From positions 1-64,000 of the forward strand of contig JBQLZK010000005.1 of assembly GCA_052168235.1 (NCBI GenBank): a DNA stretch of 64,000 bases, in the 5' to 3' direction. Position 1 is the stretch's first letter, and every line of letters begins with the position of its first letter. The notes beneath the pieces are model-generated. The model had not been told where the DNA came from. It saw nothing but the letters and a program-made list of their open reading frames with translations, and did not search any database. This DNA comes from Thainema sp. (GTDB lineage Bacteria; Cyanobacteriota; Cyanobacteriia; Phormidesmidales; Phormidesmidaceae). The position numbers and the translations under genes are program-made. Shown here in pieces: positions 8,942-19,432 of this stretch.

Positions 8942-9754
8942 TCAGCTCTCGACTGAAAGAATTTGCGTCGTATTGTTGGCAATTTGTTCTCGCAAGGGCA
9001 CACAGTACTTTCGGCCTGTTTTAAATAGAGTCCAGAACGACATGCGTAAAGGCCAGAACGGAATTTCCATGACTTGGCGGATCACCTGGCGCTCAACCTC
9101 TACCGTTAACTGGCGCAAGTCATCTTGCTTAGTAAGACAGGGAACCGGAACATAATTATATTGCATCAAAATTTCGAGAGCATCTTGATGAGCTTCTAAA
9201 AGCTGATTGGGTCGAGCATTTTGTAGGCGCTGTACGTAAATACCTTCAGGTATAGGCCAATCACGACTATAAGTAGACGTTGTAGAAAGAACTGAGCCAT
9301 TCTCAAAAAATGTAAGAAGTTCAGAAAAGGTTAGATCTTTGACTATATGGATAAGACTCCAGTAGATTGGTCGCTGCTGCTGCTTGAAGATAATCCGTAA
9401 ACCGTCAAAGCTACGCTGAATATAATGTCGATCTAACTCCTCAAATCCAAGCTGTCGCATCTGGTTCGCTTCTTCCTCAAGCTCTGCCATCTTGAAAGTG
9501 AATTTGGATGGAATTGAACGTGGTGCGCCCTCATCCACCAAAGCGTTGAACAGATTTGCATAATTGGACAATGTCACGAGTCCTAGCAAACCGACCAGTA
9601 GAATCGGATAAAACACGATAAAAGACAGGCGGAAATAGATATACGCCGCAAGCATCAAGGCACTAAAGATGATAATGAGTGCTCCAAACCTGAGCCTTAA
9701 AAGGTAAATAGGCAGAATCGGGCGAGGAGTTTGGGAATCAGATTGGGATCTCAT
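8942..9754 (-). CDS. Hypothetical membrane-anchored protein (tandem paralog A)
   Basis: 270 aa, two N-terminal TM segments; co-linear with 9828..10640. Confidence 0.75.
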   Translation of the reverse strand: MRSQSDSQTPRPILPIYLLRLRFGALIIIFSALMLAAYIYFRLSFIVFYPILLVGLLGLVTLSNYANLFNALVDEGAPRSIPSKFTFKMAELEEEANQMRQLGFEELDRHYIQRSFDGLRIIFKQQQRPIYWSLIHIVKDLTFSELLTFFENGSVLSTTSTYSRDWPIPEGIYVQRLQNARPNQLLEAHQDALEILMQYNYVPVPCLTKQDDLRQLTVEVERQVIRQVMEIPFWPLRMSFWTLFKTGRKYCVPLREQIANNTTQILSVES

Positions 9755-9827
9755 GAGGAAACTTACAGAATCAATTGCCTCGTAAGTAGCTACGTTTACT
9801 TATATACGGCTACTTATCGAACGACTT

Positions 9828-10640
9828 TTAAGTAGTAATGGGAAAGATTTTCGTCGTATTGTTGGCGATTTGTTCTCGCAGGGGAACGCAGTACTTCTGA
9901 CCTGCCTTGAATAAAACCCAAAACGTCATTTTTAGCGGCCACAGCGGCACCGTTGTCACGTGGCTGATGACCTGGCGTTCGACATCTCGGCCAAAACTGC
10001 GTAGAGCTTCTTGCTCAGTTAAACAATTAACGGGAACATAACCGTACTGCATCAAAATTTCCAATGCATCTTGATGCGCTTCCAGGAGCTGAGAAGGCTG
10101 GGCGCGTTCTAAACACTGCATATAGATTCCCTCAGCCAAGGGCATATTGCCGCTACTCACCGACGTGGTAGAGAGAAACGAACCGTCTTCAAATGACGTG
10201 AACAGTTCCGAATAGGTAAGCCGCTTCACAAAATGGGTTAGATTCCAATAAATCGGTCGCTGCTGGTGGCTCAACACAATGCGTAGGCCATCAAAGTTGC
10301 GCTTGATGTAGTGTCGATCCAACTCCTCAAAGCCAAGCTGCCGCATTTGATTGGCATCTGCTTCAAGTTCCGCCATCTTAGCCGCAAAATTGGCCGGAAT
10401 TGGTCGCGGTGCGCCCTCTTCTGTGAATGAGTTCAGCAGCGTCGTGTAGTTTGAGAACGTCAGCAATCCCAACATACCCACCAGCAAAAGGGGATAGAAC
10501 ACATAGGCTGGCATCTGAAAATAAAACGAAGCGACAACGAGCGATATAGCAAAAACAGTCGAAAGCTGTCCAGGCTTAACCTGTAGGATTTGAGGCGGCA
10601 AGACGGAGCGAGGTTGCTGGATATTAGGTTGAGATTGCAT
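9828..10640 (-). CDS. Hypothetical membrane-anchored protein (tandem paralog B)
   Basis: 270 aa; shares ANQMRQLGFEELDRHYI, QLLEAHQDALEILMQY and KYCVPLREQIANNTT with paralog A. Confidence 0.75.
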   Translation of the reverse strand: MQSQPNIQQPRSVLPPQILQVKPGQLSTVFAISLVVASFYFQMPAYVFYPLLLVGMLGLLTFSNYTTLLNSFTEEGAPRPIPANFAAKMAELEADANQMRQLGFEELDRHYIKRNFDGLRIVLSHQQRPIYWNLTHFVKRLTYSELFTSFEDGSFLSTTSVSSGNMPLAEGIYMQCLERAQPSQLLEAHQDALEILMQYGYVPVNCLTEQEALRSFGRDVERQVISHVTTVPLWPLKMTFWVLFKAGQKYCVPLREQIANNTTKIFPITT

Positions 10641-10761
10641 GAAGAGTCTCGCAATGTGGTGATTGCTGTTAGCTTGCCCAAGCTGGGGGATGAGATCACG
10701 CTGTCGCTAGCGCTGCGTTACTCTGGGTTAAAGGCTTTTCAATTCGGCATTTGACGGACAG

Positions 10762-12783
10762 ATGACTGCATCCTCGTTTTTATCTCGCTTTAATCGGCAA
10801 AATCGGTCTGACTGGCAGTTGGTTCAGCGGCTCATACCCTATGCCAAGCAAAATAAGCGGCTGTTGATTTGGTCAATGGTGGCGCTGGTGCCCCTTGCGA
10901 TCGCAGGTGCATTGCAGCCGATTTTGATTGGGCAGGCGATCTCACTGATTCGGGGAGAACCCGTTGCCGGTTTTCTGGAGGGTCGGCAGCTGCAAACCGG
11001 ATTGAATATCTTAATTTTGCTGCTGCTGATTACCGTTTCTGTGCGGCTAGTGCTGACGGGTGTGCAGGGCTACCTGGTGCAGGAAGTAGGCCAGCGGATG
11101 ACGGCAGATATTCGCGATGACCTGTTTAAGCATGTGACATCCCTAGCGACGCGTTTTTTTGACCGGACGCCCGTTGGTAAGCTGATCACCCGCCTGACCA
11201 GTGACGTAGATGCGCTGGGCGATGTATTTTCGACGGGAGCAATCGGCATCGTTGGCGATTTGTTTTCGATGCTTGCGATCGCAGTTGCCATGATCTTTCT
11301 TCAGTGGCAGTTGGCAATTTTGCTGATCCTGATGCTGTTTCCAGTGATGGGGCTAATTGTCTACTTCCAGCAGCAGTACCGCAGGGCCAATTACAAAGCG
11401 CGGGAGGAGCTATCGGTACTGAATGCCAACCTAACGGAAAACATTGGGGGCATCAACATTGTGCAGCTTTTTCGGCGGGAGCAGTTCAACAGCAAGCTGT
11501 TTCGCAAGATTAACCAGCGCTACGTGGATGCGGTGGATCGCACGATTTTCTACGATTCAGCGGTATCGGCCACGCTGGAGTGGGTGGCGCTGATTGCGAT
11601 CGCAGCCGTCCTCTGGCTGGGTGGGGTGCTGGTACTGCGCGAGACGCTGGCAATTGGTACCTTGGCCTCCTTTATTCTGTATGCCCAGCGTTTATTTGAT
11701 CCGCTGCGGCAGTTTGCCGAAAAGTTTACGGCAATTCAAGCGGGTTTAACGGCGATTGAGCGCTTAAATGATTTGCTGGCTGAGCCGATCGAAATTCGCG
11801 ATCCGGGTGCCATCGATCCCGCTGCGGAGAACCGATTGTTTCAGCCTGAACTGCCGGATCATCAATCGTTCATGGATCAGGTTGAGCAGGAAAAGGAAAG
11901 CGATTTACCGGACGGTAAGGCTGGACTCGCAGCCGCGATGGGTGGAGAGGGAATAGGAGGGGCAGGTGCGATCGCATCGGCCACATCTACATCTACGTCT
12001 ACATCTCAAAACACACCCGCTTCGCCATCGCTCCTGTCAGGTCGTCCCCCTGCTCCAGCCGAAATTCGGTTTGATCACGTTTGGTTTGGCTATAAGCCGG
12101 ATGAGTATGTCCTGCAAGATCTCGACTTCACCATCACTCCAGGCGAAAAAGTGGCCTTGGTTGGCCCCACAGGTGCGGGCAAAAGCTCCATTATTCGGCT
12201 GCTGTGCCGTCTGTATGACATCAATCAAGGGCGTATTCTGCTGGATGGGGTAGATATCCGCGATATGCGGCAGGTTGACCTGCGGCATCGAATGGCCGTG
12301 ATTCTACAAGATGGCTTTTTGTTCGCTGGTGACGTGAAAAGCAATATTAGCCTGGGCGAAAGCTATTCTGAATCTGAAATTCGCGCTGCAGCAGAACAAA
12401 CTAATGTTGCCCGCTTCATTGAAGAACTACCCCAGGGCTACGAAACATCACTGCGGGAGCGGGGACTCAACCTATCAGGCGGCCAGAAACAACTGCTGGC
12501 CTTTGCCCGGGCCGCGATTCGCAATCCCAGCATTTTAGTACTCGATGAAGCAACAGCCAGCCTAGATGTCGGCACTGAGGCATTGATTCAGCAGGCGCTC
12601 GATACCCTCCTAGAAGGCCGCACAGCCATCATCATCGCCCACCGCTTATCAACCATCCGCAATGTGGATCGAATTCTGGTGCTGAAGCAGGGTCGGCTCG
12701 TTGAGTCCGGTAGCCACGAACAGCTATTAGCGAAAGAAGGGCTATACGCTAGCCTATATCGTCTGCAAATGCTCGGTACTTAA
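10762..12783 (+). CDS. ABC transporter, fused permease/ATPase (MdlB-like exporter)
   Basis: TM domain; Walker A GPTGAGKS, LSGGQKQ signature, ILVLDEAT Walker B. Confidence 0.92.
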   Translation: MTASSFLSRFNRQNRSDWQLVQRLIPYAKQNKRLLIWSMVALVPLAIAGALQPILIGQAISLIRGEPVAGFLEGRQLQTGLNILILLLLITVSVRLVLTGVQGYLVQEVGQRMTADIRDDLFKHVTSLATRFFDRTPVGKLITRLTSDVDALGDVFSTGAIGIVGDLFSMLAIAVAMIFLQWQLAILLILMLFPVMGLIVYFQQQYRRANYKAREELSVLNANLTENIGGINIVQLFRREQFNSKLFRKINQRYVDAVDRTIFYDSAVSATLEWVALIAIAAVLWLGGVLVLRETLAIGTLASFILYAQRLFDPLRQFAEKFTAIQAGLTAIERLNDLLAEPIEIRDPGAIDPAAENRLFQPELPDHQSFMDQVEQEKESDLPDGKAGLAAAMGGEGIGGAGAIASATSTSTSTSQNTPASPSLLSGRPPAPAEIRFDHVWFGYKPDEYVLQDLDFTITPGEKVALVGPTGAGKSSIIRLLCRLYDINQGRILLDGVDIRDMRQVDLRHRMAVILQDGFLFAGDVKSNISLGESYSESEIRAAAEQTNVARFIEELPQGYETSLRERGLNLSGGQKQLLAFARAAIRNPSILVLDEATASLDVGTEALIQQALDTLLEGRTAIIIAHRLSTIRNVDRILVLKQGRLVESGSHEQLLAKEGLYASLYRLQMLGT

Positions 12784-12940
12784 TACTTTACGTGAGCAGA
12801 ATCCTCAGAGAAATATAACAAAGAATACTGGTCATAGATGAAATCTATCTCAAGGTAGACCTTATCGCCTAAATTTGGGTCATCATAGTATACTTAGCTC
12901 AATTTAAATTCTTTACATCCATTTGATTGAGGAGTATTCC

Positions 12941-13132
12941 ATGAATTCCAAGCTAATTAAGCTTCTGATGGCTCTCGGAGTAGTAGCTGCAACCACTGTT
13001 GCCTGCGGCCCTAGCGACACAGAACCAACGACAGAAGATCCCGCGACAGAAGAAGCCGCTCCAGTAGATGAAGCTGCTCCAGCAGAAGAAACAACTCCAC
13101 CAGCAGAAGGCGGTGAAGGTGGTGAGGGCTAA
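12941..13132 (+). CDS. Small acidic lipoprotein ending EGGEGGEG
   Basis: GAGGAG RBS before ATG 12941; signal peptide with lipobox TVAC; E/P/A/T-rich body. Confidence 0.75.
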   Translation: MNSKLIKLLMALGVVAATTVACGPSDTEPTTEDPATEEAAPVDEAAPAEETTPPAEGGEGGEG

Positions 13133-13185
13133 GCAATCTACGTTGCTTGCGTAGTGCTACCTGTAAAGCTTAGCCACTGAATGGG

Positions 13186-13243
13186 AAGCACATAAAAAGC
13201 GAAGTCATGCTTATGTAAGCATGACTTCGCTTTTTATGTGCTT
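13186..13243. repeat. Perfect palindrome, 28-bp arms (possible bidirectional terminator)
   Basis: AAGCACATAAAAAGCGAAGTCATGCTTA-tg-TAAGCATGACTTCGCTTTTTATGTGCTT. Confidence 0.95.
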
Positions 13244-13293
13244 TGACTAGCTCGCTACAGATTGCCTTAAAGCACAAGATGGCTGGTTTTAAA

Positions 13294-13337
13294 CATAAAT
13301 TGTGATGTGGGGCGGTGCTCCCACATCACAATTTATG
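13294..13337. repeat. Palindrome, 18-bp perfect arms, downstream of murA
   Basis: CATAAATTGTGATGTGGG-gcggtgct-CCCACATCACAATTTATG. Confidence 0.93.
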
Positions 13338-13354
13338 GCTAGATTGAGCAATGC

Positions 13355-14743
13355 CTAAAGCACTATTCCTGGCGATTTGACAGATGATGCCTCAGGCGAC
13401 TCAGCACTATGGTGAATGCGCTCGATTTCAGCACCTAGCTGCTGTAGTTTCTGCTCTAGATTTTCATAGCCTCGGTCAAGATGCTGTAAGCCCTGAATGA
13501 TTGTTTCTCCCTCAGCCGCTAATCCAGCCAGCACTAATGCAGCAGATGCGCGTAAATCTGTGGCTACAACTGGAGCTCCAGACAAGAAGGGAACCCCACG
13601 CACTATCGCATTGTTGCCTTTCACGCGAATATCAGCTCCCATCCGCTGTAGTTCTGCGACATGGCGCAGTCGATTCTCAAACACAGTTTCAGTGATGATA
13701 CTGTTGCCTTCGCTCAGCGTCAAAAGCGCCATGAACTGAGCCTGCATATCAGTAGGAAAGCCAGGATAGGGCAGTGTTTTAATGTCGGTCGCTATCCGCT
13801 GCTCACCCGGAGTGATACGCATGCGGTTCATTCCTTCCATTTGCACAAGCGTGCCAATCTCACGCAGTTTGGCAACTACGGCTGCAATATGGTCTGGAAT
13901 GACGGGAGATAAAGAAATTTCCGACTGGGTAATAGCTCCTGCTATCAGGAACGTACCCACCTCAATTCGGTCAGGAATGATGGCATAGTCTGTACTGTGC
14001 AAGCTGGGAACACCCGAAATCACAATCGTCTTTGTGCCAGCCCCACGGATGCGCGCACCCATTGCTCGACAGAAGTTTGCCAAATCGACCACTTCTGGCT
14101 CTTGAGCGGCGTTTTCGATGATAGTTTCACCTTCAGCTAGGGTGGCAGCCATCATCAGCGTTTCGGTTGCGCCAACGCTGGGATAGTCCAGATAAATCTT
14201 CGCTCCCTGGAGGCGGCGACGATTGCCAGGAATAGCAGCGTGAACTGTGCCGTGATCGATATGCACATCTGCGCCCAGCGCCTGAAGACCTCTCACGTGC
14301 AGTTCAACCGGTCGAGCACCAATAGCACAGCCACCCGGCAGAGGAACCCGCGCCACGCCTAGACGGGCCAACAGTGGCCCAATCACGAAAAAGCTTGCCC
14401 GCAACTGGCTGACAATCTCATAGGGTGCGCGAGAATGGACAATATGGCGTGAGTCGATTTCAAGAGTATCTTGGTGACGCTTGACCTTTGCTCCTAGAGC
14501 CAACAAAACGTCACTCATGCGAGCAATGTCAACTAAATTCGGAACGTTGCGAATTCGGCATTCCTGTGAGCACAGTAAGGTGCCTGCAAGGATGACCAAT
14601 GCCGAGTTCTTGGCCCCGCTGATATTGACATGTCCACTGAGCTGGCGCTTGCCGCGAATTCGCAGCGCCGCATCACCCGTTGCCGAGGATGGGGAGTTAT
14701 TTGATAGACCGAGAGAGGGATTAATGGCTCTATCCTCCAGCAT
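13355..14743 (-). CDS. murA: UDP-N-acetylglucosamine 1-carboxyvinyltransferase
   Basis: [20 protein letters not shown] (catalytic Cys), [20 protein letters not shown]. Confidence 0.97.
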   Translation of the reverse strand: MLEDRAINPSLGLSNNSPSSATGDAALRIRGKRQLSGHVNISGAKNSALVILAGTLLCSQECRIRNVPNLVDIARMSDVLLALGAKVKRHQDTLEIDSRHIVHSRAPYEIVSQLRASFFVIGPLLARLGVARVPLPGGCAIGARPVELHVRGLQALGADVHIDHGTVHAAIPGNRRRLQGAKIYLDYPSVGATETLMMAATLAEGETIIENAAQEPEVVDLANFCRAMGARIRGAGTKTIVISGVPSLHSTDYAIIPDRIEVGTFLIAGAITQSEISLSPVIPDHIAAVVAKLREIGTLVQMEGMNRMRITPGEQRIATDIKTLPYPGFPTDMQAQFMALLTLSEGNSIITETVFENRLRHVAELQRMGADIRVKGNNAIVRGVPFLSGAPVVATDLRASAALVLAGLAAEGETIIQGLQHLDRGYENLEQKLQQLGAEIERIHHSAESPEASSVKSPGIVL

Positions 14744-14942
14744 TAAGACTAAATCAGGTATAAATTCGTCTAGATTCTACCTGAAAGACATGGGGTGTCT
14801 ACCCCGAATCTTGTTATTTATAGCGGAAGATAGGAAATTTGTCGTCAACATTTTTTGATTTTCTACCCGTTATACAGTTGACGAAATGGCAATAATGCTG
14901 AATGATTATAAATCGCGGTACATTTTGTACCGAGTAACGCTG

Positions 14943-15026
14943 GCGGAACTGGCGGAATTGGTAGACGCGCTAGATTCAGGTTCTAGTGTCCGCAAGGACT
15001 TCCGGGTTCAAGTCCCGGGTTCCGCA
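14943..15026 (+). tRNA. trnL: tRNA-Leu(CAG)
   Basis: Acceptor GCGGAAC/GTTCCGC; D-loop GAATTGGTAGAC; anticodon stem CTAGA-ttCAGgt-TCTAG; long variable arm; GGTTCAAGTCC; CCA not encoded. Confidence 0.96.
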
Positions 15027-15468
15027 TCTCAAAGGGCTGTAAAGCCGATGTGGGTTGAAGTAAGGCCCCAAATACCTACAGCCGTACTTATGCTGCTGCT
15101 AACGGCTGGGCCAATGTAGATGTAGAGTTAAGCTGCGATCGCACTTTGATCTCTGCTGCCTTACCTCAATCACATAACCCTTACAATGTTGAAATTATGG
15201 CTCTGCTGCCTGAGGTATTGAGCTAAAAGCATCAGATGCATATTTCAGAGCCATCTGGCGAAAACTTAGATTTTCTTATGATTTTTTGCTGTTTTGCAAC
15301 AAAAAACTGATCAATCCCGATCAATTTTCAATGGTTCTAATTTAGTGTTGAATTAGCTCGTGCTGAATCAGCCGTGCGCTAAACTGGGCCACCCAAGTTG
15401 ATCCATATTTTTCATATCGAAATCCATGCTGCAACTAGTTTCGATATAGCACTATCCGCTTAAAACCG

Positions 15469-15523
15469 GACAGATAGTTTTTGAGAAGTTGCACAGAGCA
15501 CAGCTTCTCAAAAACTATCTGTC
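15469..15523. repeat. Palindrome, 20-bp perfect arms, upstream of TrmH gene
   Basis: GACAGATAGTTTTTGAGAAG-(15 nt)-CTTCTCAAAAACTATCTGTC. Confidence 0.93.
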
Positions 15524-15552
15524 TTGACCCGATGACGTAAGGCCATAACTGA

Positions 15553-16368
15553 ATGCTGACGAGTCTCCAGAATCCCCTGATCAAAGCCATTCGTAAGCTG
15601 CACCGCACAAAGGGGCGACGACAGCAGCAGCAGTTTTTACTCGAAGGAACCCATCTTATTCAAGAAGCCTGTAGCGTTGCGTATCCTCTCCAAGTGGTGT
15701 GTCATACCGAGGAGTGGCAGCAGCGGTATCCTGCCCTATGGCAGACCGTGCAGCAGCAAGCGGAGCGGATTGAGGTAGTTAGTCCTGATGTCTTAGCCGC
15801 TCTGGCGACGACCGTGCAGCCAGATGGCGTTGTTGCCACCGCGCCCCGTCGCACTGCTATATCTGAATCTGAAAAGGATGCGTCTGGGGATCGGACACTT
15901 GGCACGTCCCAGGCATTCTTAGGGCTAATGCTGGAAACGCTACAAGATCCTGGTAATTTGGGCGGCATTATTCGGACAGCCGCAGCCACCGGAATTGACC
16001 AGCTTTGGGTCAGTGCGGACAGCGTGGATGTGGATCACCCGAAAGTGCTGCGTTCTTCGGCTGGGCAGTGGTTCCGTGCTCCGACTCTGACCTGTGCCGA
16101 GCCAGTTGCGATCGCACGACAGCTTCAGCAGCAGGGGGTGCAAATTATTGCAACGCGCCCAGATGCGGCCCAGGTTTACTGGGATGTCGATTTGCGATCG
16201 CCGACCCTGTTGCTGATGGGCAATGAAGGAGCGGGTTTATCGCCAGACTTGACGGATCTAGCGGATCTGTCGATCACTATTCCACTCAGTCCCGGCGTTG
16301 AATCGCTCAACGTGACGATTTCGGCAGCGTTAGTGCTGTATGAAGCGAAACGACAGCGGCGGGATTAA
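15553..16368 (+). CDS. TrmH/SpoU family RNA methyltransferase
   Basis: LQDPGNLGGIIRTA, MGNEGAGLS, ESLNV motifs. Confidence 0.93.
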   Translation: MLTSLQNPLIKAIRKLHRTKGRRQQQQFLLEGTHLIQEACSVAYPLQVVCHTEEWQQRYPALWQTVQQQAERIEVVSPDVLAALATTVQPDGVVATAPRRTAISESEKDASGDRTLGTSQAFLGLMLETLQDPGNLGGIIRTAAATGIDQLWVSADSVDVDHPKVLRSSAGQWFRAPTLTCAEPVAIARQLQQQGVQIIATRPDAAQVYWDVDLRSPTLLLMGNEGAGLSPDLTDLADLSITIPLSPGVESLNVTISAALVLYEAKRQRRD

Positions 16369-16384
16369 TCGGGACGGGTTAAGC

Positions 16385-16657
16385 TTAATATCCTTCAGCT
16401 TGATAGCGCATATAGTTTTCGATGTCCTGAACAGCTTCCTCTAGCTCCTCTAGGGTGAACTGAGAGGAGCGAGGCTTTTCGCGGCTTGCTTGGGGTGATT
16501 GTTTCGCAGCCGCAGGGTTGGCGTTTTGTTCAGAGCGAACTGGAGCCACAGGCGGGTTGTCTGCTGCCTCGGATTGCAGCGTGTTCTGCAATTGAGATAG
16601 AGACTCCTCAAACGCCTGCATGGCGGCACGTCGAGCTTCAGATTGACTCATAGCCAT
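16385..16657 (-). CDS. Hypothetical protein
   Basis: Short ORF with RRAAMQAFEESLSQL and LEEAVQDIENY; GAGGAGG RBS before ATG 16657. Confidence 0.65.
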   Translation of the reverse strand: MAMSQSEARRAAMQAFEESLSQLQNTLQSEAADNPPVAPVRSEQNANPAAAKQSPQASREKPRSSQFTLEELEEAVQDIENYMRYQAEGY

Positions 16658-16937
16658 CGTTTTGGGAAGCCTCCTCAAAACTTATGATCTATTTTCAACA
16701 TGCCCAATTCTGCGGCTGAATTTGCCAAGCCGATTGTGATCCAGAACCAGATCATCATGAAAATTGTTTGATTCTTCATAATTTGGCATGGAGCAGTGCG
16801 ATCGCAGCTAATCACATAATCACAATGAATCATGGGTTAACGGTTGTCTAATTTGCCCCTGCGGTCAACAATAGGTGAGGGTTAAGTGGCCGCATAGCTG
16901 GTTTTTGGAGTCTGTTTTTAGGTTTTAGGAGAAGTCC

Positions 16938-18371
16938 GTGAGCGAAGCATTTGATTATGATTTGATCATCATTGGCGCAGGCGTCGGTGGACATGGAGCC
17001 GCGCTGCATGCTGTTGCCAATGGATTAAAAACGGCCATTGTGGAAATGGCAGATATGGGTGGAACCTGTGTCAACCGAGGCTGCATTCCGTCAAAGGCTC
17101 TCCTTGCCGCTTCGGGTCGAGTGCGCGAATTGCGCAATGCCCATCACCTCCAGTCTCTGGGTATTCAACTGGGTGGGCTATCATTTGACCGAGCTGCGAT
17201 CGCAGATCACGCAGCCAATCTGGTCGCCAAGCTACAGGGCGATTTGACCAACAGCTTGACCCGTCTAGGCGTTGATACACTGCGCGGTCGGGGCCGAATT
17301 GCAGGTACTCAGAAGATTACGGTGACGGGTGAAAACGGCGAACAGGTCTTCACCGCCCGCGACATCATCTTGGCTCCTGGTTCGATTCCCTTCGTACCGC
17401 CAGGGATTGAGGTTGATGGCAAGACTGTATTTACCAGTGACGACGCGATTAAGCTGGACTGGCTGCCGGACTGGGTGGCCATCGTCGGCAGTGGCTACAT
17501 TGGCCTAGAGTTTTCCGATGTCTACACGGCACTCGGTTCAGAAGTCACCATGATTGAAGCGCTGGATCAGCTAATGCCCGGATTTGATCCCGATATCGCT
17601 AAGCTGGCGCAGCGGGTACTGATCACGCCCCGCGATGTCGAAACGCGAGTGGGACAGTTGGCCATGAAAGTGACGCCCGGTTCTCCCGTTGTGATTGAGC
17701 TGGCCGATGCTAAGACGAAGGAAGTGACTGAAGTTCTAGAAGTTGATGCCTGCCTCGTAGCAACGGGCCGGATTCCAGATACCAAAGATTTAGGTTTGGA
17801 GTCTATCGGGCTGGAAACCGACCGTCGTGGATTTATTACCGTGGACGATCACATGCGTGTCCTGCGGGATGGCCAGCCTGTCGAGCATTTGTGGGCGATT
17901 GGTGATGCGACGGGTAAGATGATGCTGGCCCATGCGGCTTCGGCTCAAGGCATCGTCGCGGTTGAAAATATCTGCGATCGCGATCGCACCGTCAACTACC
18001 GCAGCATTCCCGCCGCCGCCTTTACTCATCCCGAAATTAGCTTTGTCGGTCTGACGGAACCTGCGGCTAAAGAATTGGCCGATGCTGAGGGATTTGAGAT
18101 TGCCACCACGCGCAGCTACTTCAAGGGCAACTCTAAGGCGTTGGCCGAAGGAGAAACGGACGGCATCGCTAAAGTCATTTACCGCAAGGATACGGGCGAA
18201 ATCCTCGGTGCTCACATTCTGGGCCTGCACGCATCCGACCTGATTCAAGAAGCCGCAAATGCGATCGCGCAGGGACTATCAATTCAGGATCTGTCGTTTA
18301 TGGTGCATACCCACCCAACCCTCTCAGAAGTACTTGATGACGCCTATAAACGGGCTGTTGCAGCACATTAA
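16938..18371 (+). CDS. lpdA: Dihydrolipoyl dehydrogenase
   Basis: [13 protein letters not shown] redox motif, GAGVGG FAD site, HTHPTLSE C-terminus. Confidence 0.97.
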   Translation: MSEAFDYDLIIIGAGVGGHGAALHAVANGLKTAIVEMADMGGTCVNRGCIPSKALLAASGRVRELRNAHHLQSLGIQLGGLSFDRAAIADHAANLVAKLQGDLTNSLTRLGVDTLRGRGRIAGTQKITVTGENGEQVFTARDIILAPGSIPFVPPGIEVDGKTVFTSDDAIKLDWLPDWVAIVGSGYIGLEFSDVYTALGSEVTMIEALDQLMPGFDPDIAKLAQRVLITPRDVETRVGQLAMKVTPGSPVVIELADAKTKEVTEVLEVDACLVATGRIPDTKDLGLESIGLETDRRGFITVDDHMRVLRDGQPVEHLWAIGDATGKMMLAHAASAQGIVAVENICDRDRTVNYRSIPAAAFTHPEISFVGLTEPAAKELADAEGFEIATTRSYFKGNSKALAEGETDGIAKVIYRKDTGEILGAHILGLHASDLIQEAANAIAQGLSIQDLSFMVHTHPTLSEVLDDAYKRAVAAH

Positions 18372-18377
18372 ACCGAC

Positions 18378-18484
18378 CTAAGGATTGTGGATTAAATAGC
18401 CTGTAAACCATTCCATCTGTAGGGGCACGGCAATGCCGTGTCCCTACTCCAAAGATTGCACCTTATTAAATCTACGCTCCTAAG
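18378..18484. mobile_element. MITE-like element with a central GTAG-type REP hairpin (18419..18447)
   Basis: Imperfect 22-nt terminal inverted repeats (16/22) around GTAGGGGCACGGC-aat-GCCGTGTCCCTAC. Confidence 0.6.
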
Positions 18485-18522
18485 CAAGAGCCCCTTCCCG
18501 TGACGCGGGAAGGGGCTCTTGC
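18484..18522. repeat. Palindrome, 17-bp perfect arms
   Basis: GCAAGAGCCCCTTCCCG-tgacg-CGGGAAGGGGCTCTTGC. Confidence 0.95.
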
Positions 18523-18532
18523 GGTCTTTAGA

Positions 18533-19432
18533 TTAGGCGCTTGCCAGCACCAGATTAGCGGCTTTTGTCCAGGTGTAGGGCTGCTGGCGGGCAACGCTCT
18601 TAAACGTATCGCAGGTGATATCTACGCCCAGCCAAGTGCCTAAAATCTCTAAATCCTGATCAAAAATAACCTTTAGCCTTTCCACATTTTCCGGTGATAC
18701 GGTGGGCTTTTGCTTAACCGTTAACTGTCCCCGTACCCAGGTGCGGAACGACTTTGGCACCATTTGGCGACGTAGTGCTTCCAACATCGAGTTGTGAACC
18801 ACAAACTCCAGTACCGGATGATTGCGAATGCGATCGCTGGAGGCGTTTTGCTGCTGCGCCTCATCCTGCCAAATCGGCTGGTGGGGATACCCCAAGAATT
18901 CACAAACTCGCTCTAGCTCCTCTTGAGGATACGCACAGAACCGCTCGAAGAAAATCGGCAGAATACGATCTGACCCAAAGGTTTCCAAGTAGGGCCGCAA
19001 CTGCATCGCGTATTGACTGTACTCAATCAGCGTCGGATAGTCATCCAGAACCGCATTGATATCAAACGTCGAAACCTGGCGCTTTGTCCACTCATGCACA
19101 AAATGGGAAACTAGCCGATCGATCGGATGGCGCATCATGTAGATGAATTTGGCCTGGGGAACGTACTGCTGTAGGCGTTCAATGGTGTGAGGGTAGGTCG
19201 GTAACTTTGTGTAATGAGTGCTCGATTCGCCGCATAAGTCGCCTGAATCAGCGTTGGCAAATAAATCGGTATACCAGTTCAGACCCCGCTCATATATTTC
19301 ATCATTGCTAAAAAAATTCGGTTCTTTAGGCTCAGTCATAAAGAAGCCAGGTTGTGCAGCCAACTGATCATGTAGCGTACTGGTTGCACATTTCATGCCG
19401 CCAATGATGATGAAGTGGGGGAAACGAGCCAT
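18533..19432 (-). CDS. Sulfotransferase family protein
   Basis: PHFIIIGGMKCATSTL (5'-PSB) and MRHPIDRLVS (3'-PB); ATG 19432 after GAGGAG. Confidence 0.9.
   Translation of the reverse strand: MARFPHFIIIGGMKCATSTLHDQLAAQPGFFMTEPKEPNFFSNDEIYERGLNWYTDLFANADSGDLCGESSTHYTKLPTYPHTIERLQQYVPQAKFIYMMRHPIDRLVSHFVHEWTKRQVSTFDINAVLDDYPTLIEYSQYAMQLRPYLETFGSDRILPIFFERFCAYPQEELERVCEFLGYPHQPIWQDEAQQQNASSDRIRNHPVLEFVVHNSMLEALRRQMVPKSFRTWVRGQLTVKQKPTVSPENVERLKVIFDQDLEILGTWLGVDITCDTFKSVARQQPYTWTKAANLVLASA

Noticed and set aside
9786..9799. GTA-N8-TAC NtcA-like box
   Set aside because: A 6-base pattern expected many times by chance in 64 kb; -10 spacing is off and it is very close to the ATG
14886..15119. 77-aa ORF
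   Set aside because: Overlaps tRNA-Leu; spurious
15027..15552. Integrative element at tRNA-Leu
   Set aside because: No integrase and no duplicated tRNA 3' end seen in the window
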